A DNA stretch of 63,339 nucleotides, filler included, from Aduncisulcus paluster (Eukaryota), in NCBI GenBank assembly GCA_024181965.1. It is 7 parts of 7 records of this genome, joined end to end, with 100 filler letters (N's around TTAATTAATTAA, not from the genome) between each part and the next. Parts side by side here need not be neighbours in the genome. Positions count along the whole stretch, not along the records: positions 1 to 11,398 come from BQXS01010074.1; 6 more parts are not named here. One strand, given 5' to 3'. Under the pieces are notes generated by a model, which did no database searches, was not told the DNA's origin, and was given only the letters and a program-made list of their open reading frames with translations. Within the stretch, counting starts at the first letter, position 1. Each line of letters begins with the position of its first letter. Shown here piece after piece: positions 1 through 10,264 of the stretch. The translations under genes and the position numbers were made by a program.

Positions 1-1390
1 TTGTGATAGATCTTTCATGGGGACAAGCAACTCCAACAGCAAGATGAATTAAGTGAGGGTCATCAAGAAAGGCTTCTGCAATACATCCACATCCTGAATA
101 CGCATTTCCATTCACAACTGAAATAGATTTTGCCATTTTTTCTGACAAAGAATGGTCGGAATCATGCAAAACACGTTGACGAGCATGGGAAATAACTTCA
201 TCCATCTTTCCTTTCTCAAGATACACTGAAATCGGGGTTTTAACTTGTGGCTGTGGCATAAAAACATCAACTCCTACTCGGCTCTCAATATAGTGCTTCA
301 CGGATCTTGGGAAATCAGGAAGGTCTGAGGGAAAGAAGGTGAATACACTCAACGATTCGCATTCACAGATGGTCGGTAGAGATTCAATTATTTCCTCATC
401 AGAATCGGGATTTTCTGAAGGTTTGCACTGAAAAACAGCAACAGAATCAGAACTCTTCCCAACGGAGATATCAGTTTTCAATGAGGTTCTAAATATGGAA
501 GAGAGAACATAATCAGATGTATTAATAGATGGAGATTTCTCAATGATTTTTTTGGTGACAAATTGGATTTCATTTCCACCAAAGCATTCCTGTGCTTGTT
601 TCATTGTGGCTTGTAAAGAAGCATTCATTGCAGCATGAGATGGGGAAGAAAGATGAGATGAAAGGCCAAGAATAAAAACAGGAAATGAGATTCCTGGGAT
701 TTGAAGGGAAGAGGAGGCGACAAGACACAGGAAGGAAGACAGAACAGAGAGGAAAGAAGATAAAACGGATATATTTGCCTTGAAAGGAGATGATGAACCT
801 TTAATGGAATGTGTATATGACCTTAATAACTGCTTTTTAACGTGATAGAAACATGAAAAACATGCCTTTCTAACCTTTGGATCGAATGATCGTAAAGATC
901 TTTTGTATTCTGGTAAGATAGATTTTAATGATGAAGATTGTTGCAAAGCTTTATCATTCATATACTTAGAAATTTTGTTGAATAATAGATCCATCTCAGA
1001 AATGGATACACCATACTTTGAAGCCATTTCTGATATTTTACAAATATACAGAGGAAATGCAATGGTACATGCATTAATGTTCTTCTTTTCGTCTAAGATC
1101 ACATGGTGAAAGGATGAAAATTCTTTGGAGATCAGGCATTTGTACAAAAATATTGCAAGCGAAGAAGAAAAGTCAAAATCGAGGGCAGAATCGACCGAAA
1201 AAAACGAAGATATTCTTTCTTCTGAGCATGACTGTTTGCTTTTGATACTTGAAGGAATCTGGGAAGAAGATAGTTTGCCACCGTAGAATAACTCCATGAA
1301 TCTAAGATCGAGAGCTGAATGGAGAAATGAAATAGCTTTTAATTCTGGTAAAAACTGAAAAGGCGCCAAAAAGAATGAAGTAGAATCCAT
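1..1390 (-). CDS. Hypothetical protein, 3'-truncated by window edge (>460 aa)
   Basis: ATG at 1390-1388 (MDSTSFFLAPFQFLPELK...). I read the frame by hand and it stays open to base 1, so it is absent from the ORF track (no stop in window). AT-rich upstream region. Confidence 0.7.
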   Translation of the reverse strand, partial: MDSTSFFLAPFQFLPELKAISFLHSALDLRFMELFYGGKLSSSQIPSSIKSKQSCSEERISSFFSVDSALDFDFSSSLAIFLYKCLISKEFSSFHHVILDEKKNINACTIAFPLYICKISEMASKYGVSISEMDLLFNKISKYMNDKALQQSSSLKSILPEYKRSLRSFDPKVRKACFSCFYHVKKQLLRSYTHSIKGSSSPFKANISVLSSFLSVLSSFLCLVASSSLQIPGISFPVFILGLSSHLSSPSHAAMNASLQATMKQAQECFGGNEIQFVTKKIIEKSPSINTSDYVLSSIFRTSLKTDISVGKSSDSVAVFQCKPSENPDSDEEIIESLPTICECESLSVFTFFPSDLPDFPRSVKHYIESRVGVDVFMPQPQVKTPISVYLEKGKMDEVISHARQRVLHDSDHSLSEKMAKSISVVNGNAYSGCGCIAEAFLDDPHLIHLAVGVACPHERSIT

Positions 1391-1806
1391 TATAATTATA
1401 TTATAATTATATTATAATGTAATGTGGCAAAAAAACCCCGATGATTCAAGGAATCATGGAATCAGGGAGATTCAAAGGAATCAGGTAAGTTCTATTGATT
1501 TCCATTTGAATTTGTTGTAAATTTTTGTCATTGTTCCATTTGCAATACTTTTAACCACAAAATATCGAAGTGGTTGACCAAAAAAGCCAACGCAAAATAA
1601 AAAATTGAAATTCAATTTCAAGAAAACACAATTTCAGCAAGTTGCCGAGTTGGCGTGGAACAACAAAAAAAAAATTGAAATAAATTTCTTTTTGAGATAG
1701 TTCTATCATAAACGGGAAATAAAACGTTTTATTATGATTTGACATGACTCATGTCCATTATCAAAAAAAAAAAAATCAATGGGTTTATTAATATTAACAC
1801 AAAAAC

Positions 1807-3594
1807 CTATTTTTTCCTTTTCCATGGCTTTAATGGCTCTTTTCCATCTCTCCAATTCTTAATTTGCGACACATATCGAGCCATCGCACCGTTAAGAGGA
1901 AAAGGTGAATGATATGAGGATGAATCAGAAGGTGCGTAAGGAAATATCGCAGTGACCGGTGCAATTTTTTCTCCACCATCAAGCTCTTCTGAACTAAAAC
2001 AACAAACAATTCCTTTTGGAGCAGATGAACAGGCATCGCGGGCAGCATTTCTATCTGAATGTGATCCACGGCGAGATCTGCTTGGAATCGTTCCTCGCCG
2101 AGAATTCGAGCGGCTTGAAGCCTGATATCCCATGGAATGCGTAATCTTTGAACGTATTGTTGACTTATCGCGTGCTTTACATCGTGAAGTCGAGCGAGTA
2201 TATTTAGACGTATTTTTGTCAACTATTTTTGAGGCTGAAGGTCTGATCGCACTTGTTTTCCCGGTTTTTGTGGCTGGCGACAGGCATTTCGGTCTTTTCT
2301 TTGAGTTTGAAGGGGAAGCTTGGGGTGGAAATGGCACATGGATTGAAGAAGAAGGGACATGAAGGAACGGGTTCTCTTCTTCTTCCTCTTCCTCGGACAA
2401 TGGATCTTTTGAATTACTTGGGGTGCGAGATCGATCTTCATCGTCAAGCGAAGAGTGCTCCGCATCAACAATATGAACAAGAGAATCGCCAGGGTCAGAA
2501 CTGAACTCATCGGGAGATGAAGGGATAAGAGTATCGTGTTCTGATGGAACCATGCTTAAGGGAGGTTTCTCTGTCATGGGCGCTTGGCAATGTTCGGAAT
2601 GCATCAGATTTCTTCCTTTTCCAAACGAATCTGTTTTATCTGGATTTGTTCCTCTTTTCGGCTTCATGTCTTTTTTTATATCTTTCTTATTTTTATCGCG
2701 TTTCTTTTTATCTCTTATTTGCTTCTTCTCCTCTTCTTTCTCTTTTCTTCTATGATCTCGGTTCCGTGTGAAAGAAGCAGAAGAAACAACTTTCCTTTTT
2801 TTTAGAATGGCCTTCTTTTCATCTGACTCTTCGAGACGTTTTGATCCTTTTGAAATGCTTTTAAATTCTCGTTTATCGCGAGGGAGGAGACTTTGTTTGT
2901 TTGACAAAGCGAGGTGGGAATGTCGGCCCTTTTGCAAAGTTCTAGATCCACGAGGGGCCTTTGAGACAGAATATTTATGGATATCTTGTTGACGGCCACG
3001 ATCTAATGGAATCGAACGATCTTTTGAAGTGAATGGAGAAGATCGCTCTTTTGAACGCTCATGGTGACGACCAGCAACACTACGCATGGTAACGCTGCCG
3101 CTAGGGGATGCTAACACAGCCATATCATGTTCTCTATCTCTAGATGATCGATCTCTGGCAGAAGTGGGATATGTGAGGGAAGATGAAGGGCTCCAGACAA
3201 GATATGGGGATGATTTCCCTTCTATTCCACCTCTGATGGATAAATGATTGTTATTTCTTCGATATTTTGAACCTGAATTCTCTTGAACAGAGGGAGAAGT
3301 CACAAGAGTGGGAAGTGGCTGTTCATGTTGGTGTGATCGATCTGAAGAAAAACTTGATATATGTTTATATGATACATGTTGCCCTTTTTCTCTTTCTTGA
3401 GCGGGAATATAACCTCCATATAACGGGTGTGGCTTTATAGATGAAATTGAAAGAGAATTTCCATACGATATTGCAAGTCTCTGGTCCCACTCTCGTAATA
3501 ATAAACTTCTTGGTGATGGCTCAGCATCTTCTCGTTTTCCTATTGGTGGAAAATGTTCTAAACTTAATTTGAGTCTCTGTTTTTTGAAAGACAT
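1807..3594 (-). CDS. Hypothetical low-complexity, basic Ser/Arg/Lys-rich protein (595 aa)
   Basis: Long ATG-initiated ORF bounded by AT-rich intergenic DNA; no recognisable domain; Lys-rich central stretch. Confidence 0.75.
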   Translation of the reverse strand: MSFKKQRLKLSLEHFPPIGKREDAEPSPRSLLLREWDQRLAISYGNSLSISSIKPHPLYGGYIPAQEREKGQHVSYKHISSFSSDRSHQHEQPLPTLVTSPSVQENSGSKYRRNNNHLSIRGGIEGKSSPYLVWSPSSSLTYPTSARDRSSRDREHDMAVLASPSGSVTMRSVAGRHHERSKERSSPFTSKDRSIPLDRGRQQDIHKYSVSKAPRGSRTLQKGRHSHLALSNKQSLLPRDKREFKSISKGSKRLEESDEKKAILKKRKVVSSASFTRNRDHRRKEKEEEKKQIRDKKKRDKNKKDIKKDMKPKRGTNPDKTDSFGKGRNLMHSEHCQAPMTEKPPLSMVPSEHDTLIPSSPDEFSSDPGDSLVHIVDAEHSSLDDEDRSRTPSNSKDPLSEEEEEEENPFLHVPSSSIHVPFPPQASPSNSKKRPKCLSPATKTGKTSAIRPSASKIVDKNTSKYTRSTSRCKARDKSTIRSKITHSMGYQASSRSNSRRGTIPSRSRRGSHSDRNAARDACSSAPKGIVCCFSSEELDGGEKIAPVTAIFPYAPSDSSSYHSPFPLNGAMARYVSQIKNWRDGKEPLKPWKRKK

Positions 3595-3833
3595 ATTAAA
3601 TTATCACAATATTGTATAGTTGGTGGATATGTATAATAAACGGGAAATATTCTTAGTAAATCTATATTATTGGTTATCTTGATGGTAAATCTATTATATT
3701 AATTCAATGGTTGTACCGAAAAACACAGCTATTTGGAAAAATAAATTAAAGATGTGAAAAAACAATAAAAAAATAAGAATTAATCGAGAAAACATATAAT
3801 ACATGGAAAATATTTACTGAATATAAAACTAAA

Positions 3834-5357
3834 TCATTTCTTATTCTTCAACGAAAGGGATGAATTTTGCAACCTCTCCCAGGCTGTTAATCTTCTCATT
3901 GTTCCCAAAGGTTTTAATCTAGTTTTGAGAATTCTTCCTTTCTCCCGTTTTACAGAACCTGTCACAATATCATATCCTCTTTCTCTCTCCACTGCAAAGC
4001 GGGCAGGATCAATTCTCGCCATTTTCCTGGTTTGAGCAAGTTGACTGGCTTGGAAATTACTCTTTCTCATATCTGATTGATGAATAAATCCAGAAGCACT
4101 TTGTCTTGATTTGCTAATCAAATCTCTGTTTTGTTTGGCTATAATCATACCTTCAAGATTATCTTTCGATTTGCTATCAAGAATAATATGTTTTCTGTAT
4201 GGAGCACCTTCTGGAATCTTGAATGGAGTTTTTTCTATGGGTTTTAACAATGAACTATCAAGTTTAGACGAGAGACGATGTGATTGAGACAAAGAGGACT
4301 CCTTCACTTCCGGGCATGAAACGTACTCCTCTGTTTCCTTCATCATTTGCTTTCCACGGACACCACCCAACACTTCCCATCTCTTTCCACTCACAATATC
4401 ATAAATTCTGCCATCACTTCGCTGGAGATTTGGTGGAAGATGAGTCATGCTTTTGCGAAGGGCTTGTTTCCGGAATTCATCATCAATATGTTTTTTTTCA
4501 TCATCTTTGAACATATATCTCTNNNNNNNNNNNNNNNNNNNNGAGAGACGATGTGATTGAGACAAAGAGGACTCCTTCACTTCCGGGCATGAAACGTACT
4601 CCTCTGTTTCCTTCATCATTTGCTTTCCACTGACACCACCCAACACTTCCCATCTCTTTCCACTCACAATATCATAAATTCTGCCATCACTTCGCTGGAG
4701 ATTTGGTGGAAGATGAGTCATGCTTTTGCGAAGGGCTTGTTTCCGGAATTCATCATCAATATGTTTTTTTTCATCATCTTTGAACATATATCTCTGTAAA
4801 ACTGGATTGTATTTGTCAACTTTTCGCATTTGAAGCGCAGCCTTTTGTAATGTTAACTCTCTTTCTTTAGCAACTTTAATAGGATCTTCTTCGTGACATA
4901 TTTCAGCAAAAAGCTTATCGGGGCGTTTTCCTGGATATTTTCGAGGTTGGGGAGGCGATACTTTAGGAGTGGGATTTGGACGAAATTTTGGAGCTACTGG
5001 GGCTAATTCATGAAGATCTATCCCTGTCACAATATTAAAATCATATCTTGTATCATATGGGCGAAATACACCATCATCACGACCGAAATGTCTCCGGCCT
5101 CTTTCATAGCTTCGTTTAGAGGCTGAAACAGAAACAGACCTTCTTGGAAGCCATGTTACTGGTTCAACTTCGCATTCTCTTTGTAATTGTAAGGAATAGG
5201 CATTATTTAATCTCCTTGTATCAATGGGAACAGCTTTTCCCTCTAAAGAACTTCGAGCTCCATCAGAAGAACGAAATTTTTGTTTTAATTGCTTTGCCAT
5301 TCGAGAAGCCTCTAAATATGAATCATAATGTGGTGTGGAACTTGCTGTTGTTGACAT
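3834..5357 (-). CDS. Hypothetical basic protein with repeated (Y/F)(D/N)IV(T/S)G motifs; about 416 aa after removing the gap duplication
   Basis: ATG at 5357 (MSTTASS); frame continues across the 20-N gap; 253 bp either side of the gap are duplicated. Confidence 0.7.
   Translation of the reverse strand: MSTTASSTPHYDSYLEASRMAKQLKQKFRSSDGARSSLEGKAVPIDTRRLNNAYSLQLQRECEVEPVTWLPRRSVSVSASKRSYERGRRHFGRDDGVFRPYDTRYDFNIVTGIDLHELAPVAPKFRPNPTPKVSPPQPRKYPGKRPDKLFAEICHEEDPIKVAKERELTLQKAALQMRKVDKYNPVLQRYMFKDDEKKHIDDEFRKQALRKSMTHLPPNLQRSDGRIYDIVSGKRWEVLGGVSGKQMMKETEEYVSCPEVKESSLSQSHRLXXXXXXXXRYMFKDDEKKHIDDEFRKQALRKSMTHLPPNLQRSDGRIYDIVSGKRWEVLGGVRGKQMMKETEEYVSCPEVKESSLSQSHRLSSKLDSSLLKPIEKTPFKIPEGAPYRKHIILDSKSKDNLEGMIIAKQNRDLISKSRQSASGFIHQSDMRKSNFQASQLAQTRKMARIDPARFAVERERGYDIVTGSVKREKGRILKTRLKPLGTMRRLTAWERLQNSSLSLKNKK
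4270..4795. repeat. Gap-flanking duplication (4270-4522 = 4543-4795) around a 20-N gap; probable assembly overlap
   Basis: 253-bp copies differing at one site (G4358 vs T4631). Confidence 0.9.
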
Positions 5358-5588
5358 CTCACGGCCCAAATTCACAAGGATTTTTTTCTTTGTCAGATCG
5401 GCATAAATTAGATAGATAATCGCAATAAATTTGGAAAGAGAACATGAGATATGTCTAATTTTGTTTTATTTTAAAAGGATACGTAAGAAAGGCGAAACTG
5501 GAAAACGCTATATTGTTAAATGGAATTTGATAAATATACCATCATGAATTGCAAAATGATATATATCTTGAGACATAACAATAGACAA

Positions 5589-5656
5589 GGCATCACCGTG
5601 ATGTCCGAGAGTGACTCTCGGATTCCACACTCCATTCAGGATGCTACTGAGTGCTG
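5589..5656 (+). ncRNA. Candidate small structured RNA (C/D-box-like)
   Basis: GTGATGT (C-like, 5598-5604), perfect 8-bp hairpin 5604-5622, CTGA (5647-5650), weak terminal stem GGCAT/GTGCT; GC-richer than flanks. No target identified. Confidence 0.2.
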
Positions 5657-5884
5657 TATAGAATAAAGCCACTAAAATATGTCAAATAATGCTTAATAGA
5701 ATCGTATTTTTCCAATAATTCATTGATATTGTAGCTAGGTTATATACTCCCGCTGGGGTCTGGCCAGACCGTCTCAGACATTTCAAAATGATACGTATCA
5801 GTCTACACAGAGAATGAGCCAAAAACATTCCAACAAGTGACGAAAATTTCGTCTATATATGCGTATATTGAATATCCAAACCTT

Positions 5885-6940
5885 CTATTTTTTTGATCTG
5901 TCCTTTTCGGACGAATCTTTCTTTTTCTTATCAGTTTTCTTTGTTTTTGATCCTGATTTTGAACTTAATACCTTTAATGCGTTGGAGGATTCTTTCATAA
6001 GGAGACGTGAACTCTTTTCGACATGGTCTTGAATATCCGGCATACCTTTCAAGCACTCTCTAATTCCTCCCTTCAATAATTGACTCCGTGTGGTTGAAAG
6101 CTTGGATGTAGAGGCTGCAGAGAGTTCAGAGAGAGTAAAGAGACCTCTAACATCAATAAACTGGTAAGATCTCTTGGCAAGAACAAACTTCCTATCGTGT
6201 TCCCTGTCAAGTTTCTTGCCTTTCGTATGAGGATGTTCAAGAAGAAATCCCCGTTTTTTAAGGTAGAAAACAATCTTGAGCCATTCTTCAATCATATCCA
6301 CTTTTAGAGAGGGATCAACTTCTTCGCCATGAACTGGGATACTTGAACTCTCTAAAGTATCAATTCCATTCATAGTAGCATATTGTTGTGAACGAAATAA
6401 TGTTGGAGGAGTAATTCTAGCAAAAGAATCGGCTAAATCCATAGCAGTACAAGATCCTCCCCTCAAATTAAATTGTAACATAAATAGGGCCAAAACTCCT
6501 CGTAATTCATCGGTTCCTTTTAGGATATCTTCATCATTTGAGTACTGCATCATTTCAAAACTTCTTGTTGGCACAGGAAGAGATTTAAAAACATAATCTG
6601 GGGAAAGGGCAGATTTAGATGGCAAACATGTCGTATCCTCATCTATGCCACTAAGCACGGTATCATAATGGAATCTTTCATCGGGAGAAAGTTTAGATTC
6701 AAGGTACATAGCTCCAGTATCAATAGCAGTGGCCAGTTCATATCCTAATTTCTTAAATTGATCATTCACCTGCCAAATTAGGGAATCAATCGAAAATTTG
6801 GCCTTAAAATCTGAGTCATCGAGAGTAACATAAGATCTAAAATCAGCTTTCTTAAATTGTTTCCTTGGGCCCTCAATAAAGAGTAAAGAATCAATGAGAC
6901 GACTCATCACCCTAAGATATTTTGCATTTTCAGGATCCAT
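5885..6940 (-). CDS. NSE3: Divergent MAGE-domain protein, putative SMC5/6 subunit Nse3 (351 aa)
   Basis: Motif order matches the MAGE winged-helix pair: LIDSLLFIEGPRKQFKKADF / QFKKLGYEL / MYLESKL / RGVLALFMLQFNLRGG / YLKKRGFL / FVLAKRSYQFID. First ATG at 6940. Confidence 0.55.
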   Translation of the reverse strand: MDPENAKYLRVMSRLIDSLLFIEGPRKQFKKADFRSYVTLDDSDFKAKFSIDSLIWQVNDQFKKLGYELATAIDTGAMYLESKLSPDERFHYDTVLSGIDEDTTCLPSKSALSPDYVFKSLPVPTRSFEMMQYSNDEDILKGTDELRGVLALFMLQFNLRGGSCTAMDLADSFARITPPTLFRSQQYATMNGIDTLESSSIPVHGEEVDPSLKVDMIEEWLKIVFYLKKRGFLLEHPHTKGKKLDREHDRKFVLAKRSYQFIDVRGLFTLSELSAASTSKLSTTRSQLLKGGIRECLKGMPDIQDHVEKSSRLLMKESSNALKVLSSKSGSKTKKTDKKKKDSSEKDRSKK

Positions 6941-7167
6941 TATCAATAATGATTATTTTAACGTCCGAGAAATGAATGTATTTCGATTTCCTTTCCAAAT
7001 TAATTCTCAACGAGTCTACTGATATTCGTGATAAAATTAGATCGATGAATATTCCATTTTAATCATAAATTATCTTTTGATCTCCAAAGATATGGAACAA
7101 CCTCGAATCAATGTGAAATAGTCGTGGTTTTTTCGGCATTTTACAATTGTACATACCTATTTTGGAA

Positions 7168-10008
7168 ATGTTTAAGAAATCTACGGGTACTACAGCCAGT
7201 CCTGTACACGGAACGGGAGTGGTTTTGAATGCTCTATCTGGTGATCGGATAGTTCTGTATAATCGGAAGGCAACAAATCCTGAAGCGCCTGAAAATAACA
7301 TTGTTGTTACTTTAGCCTTTGTCAAAGTTGATAAATTTGATCGTAAGGCTGATGCTGTGAGTGGATTGGCCTGGGCTGCTAGGTCTCGTGTGATTGAATT
7401 GCTTCTCGGTAAAACTGTTCGTTTTCAGATGATTGATCAACGTGGAGAAGTGAAATTATTCAGTGTTCAATATAAAGAAGGGAAGAAGGTTTTTGATTTG
7501 AGTGAACGTTTGATCTCTGAGGGTCTTGCCGGGCTTCGCTTAATTTCGGATTATAAAGACAATGAATATTATCTCAAATTGAAAGATGCCCTTCAATTGG
7601 CAACTGAAAATGCTGTTGGAATGCATTCTCCTGAAAGTGACAAAATGTTTCCAAAAAAGTGTCTTTTGCATAACCCCCCAATTGCTGATATCTTATATCA
7701 TAAAACTGAAGGTAAAAAAAGGAAGATCATAAATTATTTGCCCCGTAAAATTGTTGTAGAGGATGTATTATGTCCTACTGCTATTAAAGTGCGTCTATGT
7801 GACACAAATCAGATGACTGTTGTTGAATTGATTGGAATTCGCCCTCCTCCCATGACCTTAGAAGGCAGTAAGGACAATCCGGTGTATCGTCAGGCCCAAT
7901 TCTTTACCCAACTACGTCTTCTCTGCCGAGAGTTTTTATTCGAATTTGTTGGACAAACAGAATTTGGAAGGCTCTGTGGTCGTCTCTCTGCTCCTGACCA
8001 TAAATGCCCAGACTTTTCTTTGCTTCTTCTGAAAAAAGGGTTTTGTAAGCTGAATGAGGCCACTTTGCGTCTTTGTGCATCTATTCCATTGAAGCCTGTC
8101 CTCACTCTTGCTGAATATCGTAAGACTGAAGAGAAAGCGAGAGAAGAGCAGGTTGGGGTGTGGAAGGATGTTATAAAGATTTCCGATGACATTCATTATT
8201 GTCATGGTCATGTGGTCCGTACTCCCAGTTGTGATCGTGTTCATGTGATCGACGATGAGACAAAGGAAGAAAGGGTCTTATTCTTTGCTGGAATTAACAC
8301 GCCCAAGAGGGGGAAAGATTGGTTCTATGAGGCTTTTTCTTTCGTTCGTCAGATGTGCATCGGAGCCCATATCAAATATAAAGCCGAGTATGTTTCTGAG
8401 GGTGGAAAGAATGAGCCTCCAATGTCAAACTCTTTGTCCCTCGCTGCAGTGACTTCTTCTTCTTCTTCTGATGTCCGTGTAATGTGTCGTGTGTTGGTTC
8501 CAGCTGCAGAAATATCTAAGAATCTTCGGATTGGCAAGAAGAAGGGTTCAAAGGATCCATTCTATAGTGTTGCTGAAGAGCTTGTCAGGGCTGGTTTGGC
8601 AAAGGCCTGGAGACACTCAGATCGCGACTTGGTGCGGTCCAGTGAAGCTAGTAAGATCGCCGACGCTGAGGATCAGGCTTCAAGTGCCAAATTATGTATT
8701 CATTCAAAGGAAACTGCTCCACTTCATCATTTGGAAGATATTTCGAGCTCTAAGGTGCATATCACTGAACTTTTGCCTCACATGAAAGGAAAAGAGTTAG
8801 AGGCTACAATTGAAAGTGTTCTTGGTGGTCATATTTTCCTGATATCAATCCCCGAGTTCTCTATCAAATGTAGGTTCCAGTGCCAATTTATTCGTACCCC
8901 TTCCAAATATGATAAACTCATCGATAAGCAAACACTGAGCGAAACTGTGAAAACCCGCACTCGCAGAAGGTTGATGCAAAGAGATGTGGTGATTAAAGTC
9001 TCGAGTTCAAACAGTGGAGGTGTTCTTTTGGGTCTTCTCAAGATGCGTTATGAAAATGACTCCTTGGCCAAGCAAGTCTCCAGTAGCATTAAGCTCACCA
9101 AGGGTTCGTTGGTTGATTATGCTCTCCTCCTCCTCAAAGAAGGATGGGCGACCACAGATGAGCGTCTTTCTTCTACTCCTTCTCTTTATAAGGAGGCTGA
9201 GAATAATGCAATCGCTCACCGCTATGGAATGTTTAGAAATAAGGTCATTATCAATAGTGTGATTACACACAGGTCCGTTCCTCTCTTGCCATCAAGTGAG
9301 TCCACTTTCCGGTTGTTTTCTGTGTGTGGTGTGAGCACCACAGATCCTTTACTTCTCATGGGCTATTTCAAGCAGGACGATAATGGCTTTGATGTTGATA
9401 TTCACGTGCCTCCTTCTCACATTATTCCAAGCCAAGGAAGTTATCCTGACATGGTTGCCGTCAAGGAAGGGGATGGAAAGGTTGCTCGTGGAAAGGTGCT
9501 CTCAAAGGATGCAACGGGCTCTAGAGTATTGTTTATTGATACTGGAGTGTGTAAACGTGTTACTTCGGATGATATCCTTGGGTATCTGTCCGATTCTTTT
9601 GCCTCAAAGCCTAGTATCGGATGTAGAGTTCGACTTTGTCTTTTGAAAACAAACAAGAAGCTTCATGCCGAGGTTCATGACGATATGAGGGAATTTGTCA
9701 TTGGAAATGATATATATGTGAGTGTTGTTGCAGAGGAGCCAAGGACTGATGCTGAAATTCTTCATGGTGTTGTCTTTCCTTACTTTGACATGACTGCTTC
9801 TAAAATCCCTAAAATTGAGGATTCTTTGAATTATTTCTTCATTGATAAGGGGTTGTGTATGGTAAATCCTGAGCATGGTAAACAGAAAATATTTTCAAAA
9901 ATCATTGAACCTTTTGTGGAGTGTCAAAAGAAAGCTCATGAACGAGGTGATCTCGATTATTTGTTAATGCTTGAAGGTGAAATGGAGGAGAGTAGTGATT
10001 CTATTTAA
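7168..10008 (+). CDS. SND1: Tudor staphylococcal nuclease (Tudor-SN / p100), 946 aa
   Basis: Four SNase-like repeats (VVLNALSGDRIVL...AWAARSRVIELLLGKTVRF; VAEELVRAGLAKA; ALLLLKEGWA) followed by a Tudor-like segment (ARGKVLSK...RVLFIDTG) and a fifth SN part. ATG at 7168. Confidence 0.9.
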   Translation: MFKKSTGTTASPVHGTGVVLNALSGDRIVLYNRKATNPEAPENNIVVTLAFVKVDKFDRKADAVSGLAWAARSRVIELLLGKTVRFQMIDQRGEVKLFSVQYKEGKKVFDLSERLISEGLAGLRLISDYKDNEYYLKLKDALQLATENAVGMHSPESDKMFPKKCLLHNPPIADILYHKTEGKKRKIINYLPRKIVVEDVLCPTAIKVRLCDTNQMTVVELIGIRPPPMTLEGSKDNPVYRQAQFFTQLRLLCREFLFEFVGQTEFGRLCGRLSAPDHKCPDFSLLLLKKGFCKLNEATLRLCASIPLKPVLTLAEYRKTEEKAREEQVGVWKDVIKISDDIHYCHGHVVRTPSCDRVHVIDDETKEERVLFFAGINTPKRGKDWFYEAFSFVRQMCIGAHIKYKAEYVSEGGKNEPPMSNSLSLAAVTSSSSSDVRVMCRVLVPAAEISKNLRIGKKKGSKDPFYSVAEELVRAGLAKAWRHSDRDLVRSSEASKIADAEDQASSAKLCIHSKETAPLHHLEDISSSKVHITELLPHMKGKELEATIESVLGGHIFLISIPEFSIKCRFQCQFIRTPSKYDKLIDKQTLSETVKTRTRRRLMQRDVVIKVSSSNSGGVLLGLLKMRYENDSLAKQVSSSIKLTKGSLVDYALLLLKEGWATTDERLSSTPSLYKEAENNAIAHRYGMFRNKVIINSVITHRSVPLLPSSESTFRLFSVCGVSTTDPLLLMGYFKQDDNGFDVDIHVPPSHIIPSQGSYPDMVAVKEGDGKVARGKVLSKDATGSRVLFIDTGVCKRVTSDDILGYLSDSFASKPSIGCRVRLCLLKTNKKLHAEVHDDMREFVIGNDIYVSVVAEEPRTDAEILHGVVFPYFDMTASKIPKIEDSLNYFFIDKGLCMVNPEHGKQKIFSKIIEPFVECQKKAHERGDLDYLLMLEGEMEESSDSI

Positions 10009-10264
10009 TAAGGAAAAAGGAACTATTTGTATGTTCTATGCACTCCAAGCACTCTGAAATGACCATTGGATGAATCGCTTGAAATAACACAATAAAACAA
10101 CCAATACACTACATGTGGATGCGATAAATGTTTATGAATATTTATGTTGGTTCAAGCAAAATATTGAAATCTGATTCAGACCAACCAAAACGTCGAATAT
10201 TGCCACGAAATGTGAAAAGTGATCATTTTGTAGCATCCCAGGATATTTTTGTCCTGACCAAGCG

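Noticed and set aside
1391..1484. TATAATTATAT tandem and GATTCAAGGAATCA repeats as a CRISPR-like or regulatory array
   Set aside because: Only two to three short low-complexity copies with no spacer structure.
5600..5785. RNase P RNA on the minus strand (GAAATGTCTGAG could pair with CTCGGACAT like P4)
   Set aside because: The intervening sequence is AT-rich without other conserved regions, and the 3' strand sits in a stronger local hairpin.
5780..5830. U2-like string on the minus strand (TTTTGGCT-N8-GTGTAG)
   Set aside because: The branch-pairing GTAGTA is incomplete and stem IIa is absent; kept only within the general ncRNA candidate.
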